The notes: generated from the letters alone by a model not told the origin. A stretch of DNA of 64,000 bases from Flaccisagitta enflata (GCA_965153355.1 OZ231126.1:43152001-43216000), one strand, 5' to 3'; shown: positions 28,621 through 38,576, counted from the first letter of the stretch. Translations and numbers: made by a program.

Positions 28621-30960
28621 ATGTCAACCCCAGAGGAGATAAGTACGAATGAGCTTCTTCAAGAGATATCAGACTTGTCGGCTCGAATATCACAACTGAG
28701 ACCTGGTGTTTCAGCCACCATTTGGTGTCCAAAATGCTGGAGGCCTCCATCACAGCACAAAGGTGGGTCGATAAAAGGATGTAAATCAAAAACGAAAATG
28801 CCAGTTGATCAATTCACTCGTGAATTATTACAACAGAGGAATAACCTGGTAAAATGTATACGGTCTGCAGATACTGAAGGCAGACAGTCAGAGGCGATTG
28901 ATGCGCTACAAAATACAGTAGAGAGGCAGGCCCAGACCATCGAGTCAAATCAAGAAAGGATTAGAAGTCTTCAGGCAACTAAACAAGTCATGTTACACCT
29001 GATGCGCAATTTGAATGACGCCTATCTAGCATTTATTACAGGCGGGAATGAGAATAAGATGAAAAGGATTTTCAAAGATGTTGACGACTTATTGGTATCG
29101 CTTAACGCAGAATCAAAGTCTTCGAGTGAGAATGAAGATGATGATGATGGTGATGGTGAGGATGATGATGATGGGTGGGACCACACCGGGGATCGTACAA
29201 CATGGCCCATTGATAATGCAAGTATCATTGCAGATGGCAACAGATTGTTCCCGGCAGATAACAACGACGCGGGAGCGACGGAAGCAGGAGCAATAGGCGG
29301 CGTTGGAGCAACGAAGAAGGTACATTTCTCTTTCTCACCCGTCTTGACTCATTCGTCCAATTCGTCCAAGCGAAGCGCTGAGGCATCAGGTCAAACGACT
29401 GGAATATCAGGTCAAACGACTGGAACATCAGGTCAAACGACTGGAACATCAGGTCAGGCAGGAGTAGCATCCGCTCAAAGGATAGTGAATGGAATTTTGA
29501 GACCGGCGTCATCGAACAGGTCGGTGTACGATGTACAAGCCAATACACACACAATTTCCACCCCATCTCCCAGTACACACACAATTTCCACCCCATCTCC
29601 CAACCCACCCTCAACGCCGCAATATCCAGGGTTGTTTGAAAAACCAGGGGTGGTTCTCATATTTCCTAGAGGAGGAACTTTATGTGGGGGTGAAGCTGAC
29701 GCTGATAGCGTTGTTAGGGCAGCGAAAATTGTGAACGTTGATTTCAAGGAAAACATGGATGCATTATTGTACTTGGAACAAAGACGTAAGCTAGTTGATC
29801 AGTTGTCTTGCTATTTTGGCGCTTGCCCTATGTTCACTCATTTGGGGATATTTGCCTTGAAAGCTCATGTCTTCTATAAAACGTTTCAGCCTATCTTAAA
29901 GCGCGAGGCTACGTTTTCTAGCTTTATGGCATTCGTTAAGGAATTTGAGCATCAACTCTATCCTAATTTAGACTCGATTGCGTTGGGGAGACTACACAAC
30001 CGTAAACAACAAAACAATGAGTCGGTTTCAGAGTATTTCACAGATTATGCTGATTTGATATTCATCATTGGCAGACAAGAGGACGATTACATCCAACCTT
30101 TTTTGGCAGGATTATACAATAGAACATTGGCCCACACAGTGTCAAACGCGCAATATGAGGATGGGCAAAGAACATTGAGACGGCTTGCCAATCACGCTCA
30201 ACACATAGAGGCTCAGATAAGCCTCGATAAAGCATTCTTAGAGGGCAAGGATAACAAAAATAACCATCAACGCAACGTTTCGGCTTTAACCAACGCAGGT
30301 TCTCAACAAAGTTCGTCGGCTTCACATAGAGGAAGAGGCCACAATACGCAAACAAGAGGAGCACCGGCGCCACGAGGAGGAAGCGCTCCAGCCGGTAGAG
30401 GATGGTCAAATAGCGGCGCCGGTAGAGGATGGTCAAATAGCGGCGCCGGTAGAGGATGGTCAAATAGTGGCGCCGGTAGAGGTTGGTCGAATGGAAACGG
30501 CGGAGGAGGAAACTGGAGCAAGTACGCGCCAACTAGGAGTCAGAGTTTGCCACGAGGTGGTTACGCCGGAAGTGGCGCACGTGGAGGCGCCAACGCGTCG
30601 TCGGGAGCGTCGAGCGCGCAGGCGAGAGGAACGCAATCGTCATGGAAGGCGCACGTCAACGAAATTGGGGCGTCGATCTCGTCAGCGTCAGAGTCGGGGA
30701 TGACGCCGGAAGGTATCCTCCTGGCAATGAAGATGAAAAAGATGCAATTATCTGGATGTGCCGCTTGTTTAAGTAAGACGCATGTATGGAATGGATCATA
30801 TGAGTTTTGTCGGTCATTTTGTCCGTGTTGTGGCGTGGATTTGAGGAAAGAATGTCATATCGCCATAGAGTGTGAGGACAGACCGAAAGATAAATCTGAG
30901 GCCATCATCTTGGCCAGGGACGCTGACAGAAACGGAGACAAAGACAGATTGCAAGCATGA
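28621..30960 (+). CDS. gag: Gag (779 aa)
   Basis: First ORF after the PBS. Capsid-like QQNNESVSEYFTDY segment, RGG/RGW-rich region and C-terminal Cys/His knuckles (CAACLSKTH...C; CPCC...H...C). Confidence 0.88.
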   Translation: MSTPEEISTNELLQEISDLSARISQLRPGVSATIWCPKCWRPPSQHKGGSIKGCKSKTKMPVDQFTRELLQQRNNLVKCIRSADTEGRQSEAIDALQNTVERQAQTIESNQERIRSLQATKQVMLHLMRNLNDAYLAFITGGNENKMKRIFKDVDDLLVSLNAESKSSSENEDDDDGDGEDDDDGWDHTGDRTTWPIDNASIIADGNRLFPADNNDAGATEAGAIGGVGATKKVHFSFSPVLTHSSNSSKRSAEASGQTTGISGQTTGTSGQTTGTSGQAGVASAQRIVNGILRPASSNRSVYDVQANTHTISTPSPSTHTISTPSPNPPSTPQYPGLFEKPGVVLIFPRGGTLCGGEADADSVVRAAKIVNVDFKENMDALLYLEQRRKLVDQLSCYFGACPMFTHLGIFALKAHVFYKTFQPILKREATFSSFMAFVKEFEHQLYPNLDSIALGRLHNRKQQNNESVSEYFTDYADLIFIIGRQEDDYIQPFLAGLYNRTLAHTVSNAQYEDGQRTLRRLANHAQHIEAQISLDKAFLEGKDNKNNHQRNVSALTNAGSQQSSSASHRGRGHNTQTRGAPAPRGGSAPAGRGWSNSGAGRGWSNSGAGRGWSNSGAGRGWSNGNGGGGNWSKYAPTRSQSLPRGGYAGSGARGGANASSGASSAQARGTQSSWKAHVNEIGASISSASESGMTPEGILLAMKMKKMQLSGCAACLSKTHVWNGSYEFCRSFCPCCGVDLRKECHIAIECEDRPKDKSEAIILARDADRNGDKDRLQA

Positions 30961-30966
30961 CAATTA
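30958..30966 (+). promoter_or_regulatory. Stop-codon readthrough signal TGA-CAA-TTA
   Basis: The only stop between gag and pol is followed by CAATTA, matching the CARYYA leaky-stop hexamer. Confidence 0.8.
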
Positions 30967-33900
30967 CAGAAACCATTATCACAGAAAGAGGACGAGAAAA
31001 GTATTGGTGATAAATTACAATGTCTTTCAATATCAAAATCTCCGAATGAGTATGAGTTGAACATAGATTCAGTGGGACGTGTTTTAAATGGGCAAGAAAA
31101 GAAAGGCGACAATAGGAGTGGAAAAGAGGGTGACAGAAAAGGTGACAGTGAAAGTGACAGTGAGAGTGACAGTGAAAGTGACGGAGAAAATGACAAACAG
31201 TCATTGCATTGTGCTAACGTGAATAAAAAGGAATTTGAGGAAGAAGAGGAGGAAAATGGATGTTCAACGGGTTTTATGAAAGGAAGTAAATTCTATGTGG
31301 CATGTATGGTATCACCATGGGAGGAAGAGAGTGAAAATGGGAGTGATAATGGTCAAGATGGCGCGGTGAAAGGCGAATTTTTCATTGACACTGGAGCAGA
31401 GTGTAGTGTCATTGCCTCAGCTTTAGTAAAAGACATCAGAAAAAGGAAGGGTCCAGGAGTACAACTACTAGGTTTTACGGGCCAAGTAGGGGCGGAGGTG
31501 ACAGATATGGTGGATGTTACACTACATTTTTACCCACAAAGTGTGAGGTGTTCTTTCTATGTGTGCGATGTGGAGACATCAATTATAGGTTCTGACCTGC
31601 TTCGCGATAGGAGCCTGGGCCTCAACTTGAGCACGATGGATGAATTGTTGTATGTCAAAGATGAACGGATTTTGACATCGAGGTCGTTGGATGAAGCAGT
31701 TGATAGCCTGGTGGTAAGAAAGAGGGAGTGGGAAAGTCGTAGTTTAATGGAAAGGAATTGGCCAAAGGTTGAAAGAACTTACTGGATGTCAAACAGACGG
31801 ACTGTCACTCTTGATCCAACATCAATCACGATGGTCGAGTGCAAAATAGAGCCAAATTTTAGGACTGACAGTAAATTTTCATTTCTTTCGTTCTATGATG
31901 AGGAAATACATTCAGTCTACATACCCTCAGTCACGTATGAGAGAGGTACTGTAAATTTCATGATTCCAGTCACTAATCTTACCGGCGAGGAAATGACGAT
32001 TAAGGCAGGTTGGAGGATAGGTGAGATTGTGAAGCACGGTATCACCAAAGACGAACAAGAGACGCGTAGCTTGAAGATATTTCAAGTTGATGTCTGCAAA
32101 ATAGATGTGGTGATGAAAGGAACGAATGAGAAAAGCGAAAGTCAGACAGTTGAACGCGCGACAGTAAAGGAAAATAGTGAATACGACAATGTCAACACAA
32201 ACAACAAAAGGACAATCGTCAAAAACAACACTGGGTCCAAGAACAAAATAGTCGAGAACAACACTAACAACAAAAGAACAATCATCAAAAACAAAACAGA
32301 CGACAATGAAAAGTTAGTAGACAAACACATCAATGTCATCGCAAATGGTAACAACAAAATCGTCAATGTCATCGCAGATAGTAACAACAAAATCGGCAAT
32401 GTCATCAGTGATAATGACAACGGCATCGTCAATGTCATCGCTAATGATAAAAGGAACAAAACAGATGAAAGTTACGCAAAAAGAATAGTGTGTGAAGTGC
32501 TTGATATTCAGCCTCGCAAAAGTGTGATAGAAGGCTCACTTAAAGGTGCGGACAAAGTGAGAAAGGACAGAGAAAAAGCAGACACAAAAAGCAGCAAGCG
32601 CGAAAGAGGGGCGAGTGTTATTACGTCCATCGGAGAATCATATGATGAGAGAAAAAGGACTCGGACAGAGAGTGAGACGAATTTGGAACGGAGACAGAAG
32701 GCCTCGAAAAACGAAGTAGTAAAGAGAGAACGAAAATGGACTCAGGGCGCTGAGGAAGACAAACGCGAAAGGCTGGAAAGAGAAATGATAGGATTGATAT
32801 GCGGAGTGACGGACGAAGTCAAAAGTGGACGGACGGACGAAGGAGAGTTGTCAGCTGTCTGTAGAGACGGAGTAGGGTGCAACGATGTACGTGTGGAGGA
32901 GGTTGTGGTTGAAAAAGCTGCAGCGTCACACATACACAGCGAAGCGGCAGCAGGAGCTGGAAAGAAAAGCAGCTGCGGGAAGCAGCCAGGCGAAAAACGG
33001 AACGGCCTGCATGACGTCACAGGCCCCGTTCTTCTCTCTGATATAGTGAACAAAGGCAGACTTAGTAATGATCTGTTGAAGAGGTGTCAGGACACAGGAA
33101 TTTACTGTGATTTAGAGGCGAAGCAACAAAGTCCTAATCTCCATCTGTTGGGGGTCAGAGCAAACTTTGACCTTGAAAAGGACAAAAGAGCAAAATCAGA
33201 ATTTTGGCCATCAGATGAAATATTTCTAGCAAATTTTGATTTTTCAGGAGTAGAGGAGCCATATTTGAGCAAGTTGAAGGAGCTTTTAGTATGTTTCAAG
33301 GATATTTTTTACAATGTTGACAGGAAAGATCAGTTCAGAGCTGGCATTCAGAATATCCCATTGGTGCATATTGAGGTTCAACCAGGAGTGGTGCCAGTCA
33401 AGGATAAGCAGAGAAGATGTCCAGACAGTAAGAGGAAGTATTTGAAAAAGCATATTGAAGACCTTATTGACATGGGTGTTATTAAGGAAGTGGATAATTC
33501 CAGAGAATCTGCTTCTATCTATGCATCCAATGCTTTTATCATTTTGGAAGAAAGATGGTATAGTGGTGAGAACAAAATTAGGTACAAAAGTCGAATGGTA
33601 GTAGACCAAAAATCTCTCAACAAATCATTGAAAAAGAGTTCATTCCCTTTGCCAAATTGTGAGGCGTTCAGAAGAGAGCTGTCACAATATAAAGTGTTCT
33701 CAAGCTTTGACTTCGTAGAATTTTTTCATCAGGTCAAAACAGATGAGCAGACACAACAGCTATTTGGTATCTATGCTTTAGGCAAGGTTTACAAGTCTCT
33801 CAGATTATTGATGGGAAATATACAATCGGCCAACTTGGGGCAATTTACCTCATCAAAATGCTATGAAAATTGCCCTAGATCATATCCTTTTCAGGATGAT

Positions 33901-36900
33901 GTTTCATGCTGTTCAATGACCAAGGAAGAACATATAGAGAAGGATTTGCCTGACTTTTTGGCCACAACAAGTTACTACAATCTGCTTGTGAACCCGAAGA
34001 AGTGTATTTTCTTCAGAGATGAGGCCAGAATTCTAGGTCACTTAGTGGGAGAAGAGAGGCTGTCATTATCATCAGAAAAGATTGATAAGATCAAGAAATT
34101 GGCTTTCCCAGAAACAAAAGCTAAATTGAATGCAATGCTTGCATTTTTTGTCTGGTTTGACAGAATGGCAGTCAGACTGTCAGAATTGGCAGCACCTCTG
34201 AGAGAGCTAAACAAACCGGGTGTTCGTTTCAGGCCGTCAGCGATTCATCATAAGGCATTGCAGGACATAAAGGGGCATTTATTAGACCCAGAATGCTGTG
34301 TGTTAAGGACACCTAGTGCTGATGTGGAGGACACGATCTTTTGTTTTTGTGACGCCTCATCTAGCAGCCTGAGTGGGATACTGACACAGATGATGTTACC
34401 ACTGAAGCACAAGCAATCAGGAGAGCAGGGAAGAAAGGAATTGCATTTGGTGGGAGTATGGAGCTCATGCATACCCGAGAACTGGCGTTGTTACCCAATT
34501 TGGTTGAAGGAACTGGTCGCCCTTTGGCAAATGACGCATAAGTATTTTTTCCTACTTTCTGGCAGGCAATTTTTTGTTGTGAGTGACAGCGAGACTTGCA
34601 GGGATTGGGCAAGTATCGATCGAGTGCCAATGGATTTGGCAAGAAAAATCCTTTCTTTGCAACGGTTCGATTTCAAGGTCATTCATGTGGATGGGAAATT
34701 GAACATGGCAGATATCTTTAGCAGGCAGGAAAGGACATTTGACCCTCAAGGAAATAAGATATCACCAGTAGGGACCTATCCAAGGTTCATGGAAGGCCGT
34801 TTGATAAATGGAGATGGAAATCCAATAAGTTGGAAAAAACTCTTCACAGCACCAAAAAGCAAAAGAATGGAAGATTTCTTCGTTCGGAATAGAAAGCAGA
34901 AATTGGCGAAGGCAGTTTCAGTCGAGAAAAAAGAAAAGCCAATTCATGACGACTATGATTCCCGCAAAGACGCGGTTGACAGCCAAATAGAAGGGACAAT
35001 GGAGGTGGTGACAGACAATGACAAATCGACAAAAACAACACGTGAGTGTGTAAGAGAATTCACCTATGATAGAGTGATGGATTCCTTGAGAGCGGGTGAT
35101 GAAATTGATGACGTCAGTGGTGAGGGATTCGTCACCGACTTGCATGAGGGCGTCGTTGAGGACGATGGTGACGTCATTGAGGGCGACGACGACGTCGACG
35201 ACGACGTCGCATCGAAGGAAGCTTGCCGTCGAGGTGTCAAGGAGGAAGAGGAGGAGGAGAAGAAGGAGCTTGGGAGGATGAACATCTGTTCGTTCGGATT
35301 GACGGATGAGGAGATAGGAGAAGGATGGAATGATGCGGATGACGAAGAAGTGGAGGACATCTTTAGAGACGTGACCCTGCCCGTGTATGACGAAGACAAT
35401 CTGGAAAAGGCAAAGGAAATGCAAGAAGATGAAACAATTAGGAAGTGTGCTCAGTATTTGAGGGGCGAGGAGGAAATTCCCCGAAAAATAAATGCTTTGA
35501 GCCTGCCTAAGGATATACAGACGTTCTTACGACATAAGCTATGCTTTAGGCTGAATGAGCAGGGCATATTATTTCGCCTATGGACACATAAAAACGGTTC
35601 AATTGATCCTCTTTTGGTGGTTGGTGATTCACAAATGGACAGACTGATTGCTAAAACCCACGAATTTGATGTAGACTGCCCATCTGGTCTCTCACACATC
35701 GGTCAAAGAAAGACATTTACGGCAATCGCAAAAAAGTGGTACGCGTTCAGACTGAGATTCAAGGTGAACACATACATCTCACGGTGCGCAAGTTGCGCTT
35801 TGAATAACCACATAACAAACAGAGCAAGAAAAGAGGATGATGGAGAACAAATTGCATGTCAAAGCGGAGAATTGGTAGTTATGGACTTTGCGGGTCCATA
35901 TACAATGTTTAGAACAGCGTCAGGCTTGCCAAAATATGTCTTAATATTTTGTGACAGTTTCAGCCGTTACGCTTTTGGTACGCCAACCAATGGTACTAAT
36001 GATGACTATGTACTGGAGGGCGTAATGGAAATGAGAAAAGCGTGGAATGGATTGCCTAAATCTATAGTATGCGATAACGCATTACTATCAAAGCACAGTG
36101 CTACCAGGAAGTTTTTAATGGATAGTGGTGTAACTATTACCCATGGAATGGCGAACATTAGCAGGTGCCAAACAAAGGCCGAACGACTAATATCAACGAT
36201 TAGTCGTTTAATAATGAAGTATCACTCATCTAATCCAAAAACACCATTCTCAAAGTTGGTAAATGAATCTATCATTTGTTATAATAACTCGGTGCATAGT
36301 GGGCTAGGCCCTATGACCGAGGAAGGGGCGATTTCGCCACGGGAATTACACTTTTCACCTACCTTAAAGGCGCCGTTGATGAACATTGCGTCGAAAGAAG
36401 ATGGAAAAGGAAGCAAATCAGCAAAGGAGACAATTTCTTTGGCGAAAAGGGCGGCGGAAGAGTCTCTTCTGTACAACGTACAGTCGTTTCTGAAGAAAAA
36501 AGATCACAGTTCGCCAACTGATTATGGCCGTAGGCTTAAAAGTGGAGATCTTTGCTTGCTAAAAAGGACTTCATTCGCAAAAGGCATTCAGAAAAAGTTG
36601 GCATTCAAATTACAAAAAAATGCCTTTGAGGTCATGGACCGCGTCGGTACCAATACTTTTAGATGCAAAAGTATCTTGACAGATGATATCTGTATTCTGC
36701 CGGGTGACTTACTACTAATCACCAGAAACCAAACGAAGGAGGACTTACTAAGATTGTGTGAACGCATGGAAGAGATGGCCACAAAGAACGAAGCCTCGAA
36801 TTCGCCACCAATGACAAGAAGAAGGGCGCGTGGTGCCCAATTATCGCCGTCGATTGACGCCAATTTCGTCCTAAATGCGGGGCTGACGACGAAGAGCCAC

Positions 36901-36939
36901 TACGGTGGAATCGGCCTCGATGCGTTGGAATGGATTTGA
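30961..36939 (+). CDS. pol: Pol (protease, dUTPase-like fold, RT, RNase H, integrase), in frame with gag
   Basis: IDTGA (GAC 31387); RT FDFVEFFHQV and FQDD (33889-33900); RNase H CDAS (34351), KELVA, VSDS and ADIFSR; integrase H-H-CxxC with D 35884, D 36073 and E 36181 (D-x35-E). The frame is open from the codon after the gag stop. Confidence 0.95.
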   Translation, partial: QLQKPLSQKEDEKSIGDKLQCLSISKSPNEYELNIDSVGRVLNGQEKKGDNRSGKEGDRKGDSESDSESDSESDGENDKQSLHCANVNKKEFEEEEEENGCSTGFMKGSKFYVACMVSPWEEESENGSDNGQDGAVKGEFFIDTGAECSVIASALVKDIRKRKGPGVQLLGFTGQVGAEVTDMVDVTLHFYPQSVRCSFYVCDVETSIIGSDLLRDRSLGLNLSTMDELLYVKDERILTSRSLDEAVDSLVVRKREWESRSLMERNWPKVERTYWMSNRRTVTLDPTSITMVECKIEPNFRTDSKFSFLSFYDEEIHSVYIPSVTYERGTVNFMIPVTNLTGEEMTIKAGWRIGEIVKHGITKDEQETRSLKIFQVDVCKIDVVMKGTNEKSESQTVERATVKENSEYDNVNTNNKRTIVKNNTGSKNKIVENNTNNKRTIIKNKTDDNEKLVDKHINVIANGNNKIVNVIADSNNKIGNVISDNDNGIVNVIANDKRNKTDESYAKRIVCEVLDIQPRKSVIEGSLKGADKVRKDREKADTKSSKRERGASVITSIGESYDERKRTRTESETNLERRQKASKNEVVKRERKWTQGAEEDKRERLEREMIGLICGVTDEVKSGRTDEGELSAVCRDGVGCNDVRVEEVVVEKAAASHIHSEAAAGAGKKSSCGKQPGEKRNGLHDVTGPVLLSDIVNKGRLSNDLLKRCQDTGIYCDLEAKQQSPNLHLLGVRANFDLEKDKRAKSEFWPSDEIFLANFDFSGVEEPYLSKLKELLVCFKDIFYNVDRKDQFRAGIQNIPLVHIEVQPGVVPVKDKQRRCPDSKRKYLKKHIEDLIDMGVIKEVDNSRESASIYASNAFIILEERWYSGENKIRYKSRMVVDQKSLNKSLKKSSFPLPNCEAFRRELSQYKVFSSFDFVEFFHQVKTDEQTQQLFGIYALGKVYKSLRLLMGNIQSANLGQFTSSKCYENCPRSYPFQDDVSCCSMTKEEHIEKDLPDFLATTSYYNLLVNPKKCIFFRDEARILGHLVGEERLSLSSEKIDKIKKLAFPETKAKLNAMLAFFVWFDRMAVRLSELAAPLRELNKPGVRFRPSAIHHKALQDIKGHLLDPECCVLRTPSADVEDTIFCFCDASSSSLSGILTQMMLPLKHKQSGEQGRKELHLVGVWSSCIPENWRCYPIWLKELVALWQMTHKYFFLLSGRQFFVVSDSETCRDWASIDRVPMDLARKILSLQRFDFKVIHVDGKLNMADIFSRQERTFDPQGNKISPVGTYPRFMEGRLINGDGNPISWKKLFTAPKSKRMEDFFVRNRKQKLAKAVSVEKKEKPIHDDYDSRKDAVDSQIEGTMEVVTDNDKSTKTTRECVREFTYDRVMDSLRAGDEIDDVSGEGFVTDLHEGVVEDDGDVIEGDDDVDDDVASKEACRRGVKEEEEEEKKELGRMNICSFGLTDEEIGEGWNDADDEEVEDIFRDVTLPVYDEDNLEKAKEMQEDETIRKCAQYLRGEEEIPRKINALSLPKDIQTFLRHKLCFRLNEQGILFRLWTHKNGSIDPLLVVGDSQMDRLIAKTHEFDVDCPSGLSHIGQRKTFTAIAKKWYAFRLRFKVNTYISRCASCALNNHITNRARKEDDGEQIACQSGELVVMDFAGPYTMFRTASGLPKYVLIFCDSFSRYAFGTPTNGTNDDYVLEGVMEMRKAWNGLPKSIVCDNALLSKHSATRKFLMDSGVTITHGMANISRCQTKAERLISTISRLIMKYHSSNPKTPFSKLVNESIICYNNSVHSGLGPMTEEGAISPRELHFSPTLKAPLMNIASKEDGKGSKSAKETISLAKRAAEESLLYNVQSFLKKKDHSSPTDYGRRLKSGDLCLLKRTSFAKGIQKKLAFKLQKNAFEVMDRVGTNTFRCKSILTDDICILPGDLLLITRNQTKEDLLRLCERMEEMATKNEASNSPPMTRRRARGAQLSPSIDANFVLNAGLTTKSHYGGIGLDALEWI

Positions 36940-36946
36940 GACAGTA

Positions 36947-36982
36947 TTTTTTTTTTTTTTTGGTTTTTGTATTTTTTTTATT
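36947..36982 (-). terminator. Antisense poly(A) signal followed by an A15 tract
   Basis: Minus-strand AATAAA at 36982-36977, a 15-nt spacer, then A15 (plus-strand T at 36947-36961), about 110 nt downstream of the 143-aa ORF stop. Confidence 0.6.
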
Positions 36983-37092
36983 AGCAAAATTTTGGATAAA
37001 ATCAAGAAATGAAAGAAAGAAATAATTAGAAAAATTTTGAATTAAAAACCCTTAAGGGCAAAGTGGGGAAGAAAATCTAAGTGGGGAAAAAT

Positions 37093-37524
37093 TTAAACCC
37101 ACAGCGAACGGGCATTATTCTCATCGCAATGGCGGGGGGCCGGTCCTCGCATCTCGATGGTTTGGACTCGGGCTCTGGCACTGTCGGTGGCGTTCCTAAA
37201 CGGAACGCCGCTGACAGCTGGCGTGGCCATGGGGCTGGTGGAGGCGTCTTGGGCCTGATGAGGCCTCAGAAGGTCCAACGCAGCCCTTGGGACAGACTGC
37301 AGGGTGGCCAAGAAGCGGTCCACCGCTGCCAGTTTGCGCCTGAGGGCTACGAGGACCCCTGAGACCAGCATCAGGGCACCGATGACCCCTCCGACCGAGC
37401 CCCATGTCACCGCCTCAGAGTCCGGTTGGACGGACGCAACCGTTGGACTGGGAAGCGAGGTTGATGATTCTTCGTAAAAGTAATCATCAACCGAGCTTCC
37501 CGTGTAAAGGGTAAAGTTTGCCAT
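37093..37524 (-). CDS. Antisense small single-pass membrane protein (143 aa)
   Basis: caaaATGG start context; visibly GC-rich against AT-rich flanks. N-F-T sequon at residue 3, S/T/P stalk, TM at about residues 39-61 with two GxxxG motifs, followed by RRK. Confidence 0.75.
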   Translation of the reverse strand: MANFTLYTGSSVDDYFYEESSTSLPSPTVASVQPDSEAVTWGSVGGVIGALMLVSGVLVALRRKLAAVDRFLATLQSVPRAALDLLRPHQAQDASTSPMATPAVSGVPFRNATDSARARVQTIEMRGPAPRHCDENNARSLWV

Positions 37525-38576
37525 TTTGATTTTGAATAATGACTTTTGGAAACAAATTTAAATTAAATTCCCTCTAAATGTAAAAAGAAAGAAGAAACCG
37601 CCGTTCGCTGTTAGAAGAAAGAAGAGAAATGAAGTAAAAGAAAATGAATAAAAAGAAGATGTAATATAAAGCCGCTTCTTTTGAGACAGAAATACGAGCC
37701 TGTAAAAAGAGAAAATAGAACAATCAGTGTTTAATATTAGAGACGCTCTAATGATCAATGAATGTGAAATGTGAACGATGAATGAATGTGATAAATGAAC
37801 CTGGCCAGGTAAACGAACGAATGTTGACAGCTGATTGATGAATAGTGAACGAAGTGTGAACGGGGGAGTGAATGCGCGGTAGTAAATGAATCAAAGAAAC
37901 AAATGAACAATCAGCTCGAAGTTGATCAGAGAGGGCGTCTAATTTTAGAGTGATGGAAATAAGTGGCTAATGAAATTACGGAAGAGAAAAAGTGAAGAAA
38001 CGAAAAAGAATTTGCTAACCCCAGGGGGGCAAATTAAAGTAAGGTCTCGACAATGAATGTGAGCCTTTCGAAAACCGGTATTATTTAGGATAGTATGCCC
38101 CCGGCGCTATCTAGGGACGTGCCCGATTATCAATTCTTTAGTCTGAAGGATAAAGAATTTTCACTAAGCCCTTACCAGATGGTATTTGGGAGTGATTAAC
38201 AATGCGCAGACAGTACTGTAGTCGTATTTTTTTTTATGGAATTCCTATATTTTTTTTACGACATGAAGTCGATGATGGTTATATTTTTTTCTCGATTGAT
38301 GATTTAGTTCCCAAATGGAAAATCTTGAGAATAAAAACGAATTGAAAACGGCAGGAGTGAGGGAAAAATAATGAGTGACCAATGAAGTAAATTTGGCTAA
38401 ATCAGCTGCCAGCTTTGGACTTTGATCAAAGAAATGGAAAAAAGGGTCGGTGTGAAATTAAATTTGAAATTATTGATTTCTATCCTTTTCTCTCATGCTT
38501 AATTTCCCATTGTTTCACTACTCTGTATGGACTTTACCTTTTTTTTCCCGACTGTCGATTGACTGAGCATGCTGAT

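Noticed and set aside
31057-31059. Independent pol start codon
   Set aside because: It is a TTG; the frame is open back to the gag stop, so readthrough is the simpler explanation.
38095-38199. Short plus-strand ORF ending LSPYQMVFGSD, reminiscent of an integrase motif
   Set aside because: Only 34 aa with no other integrase features; likely coincidence.
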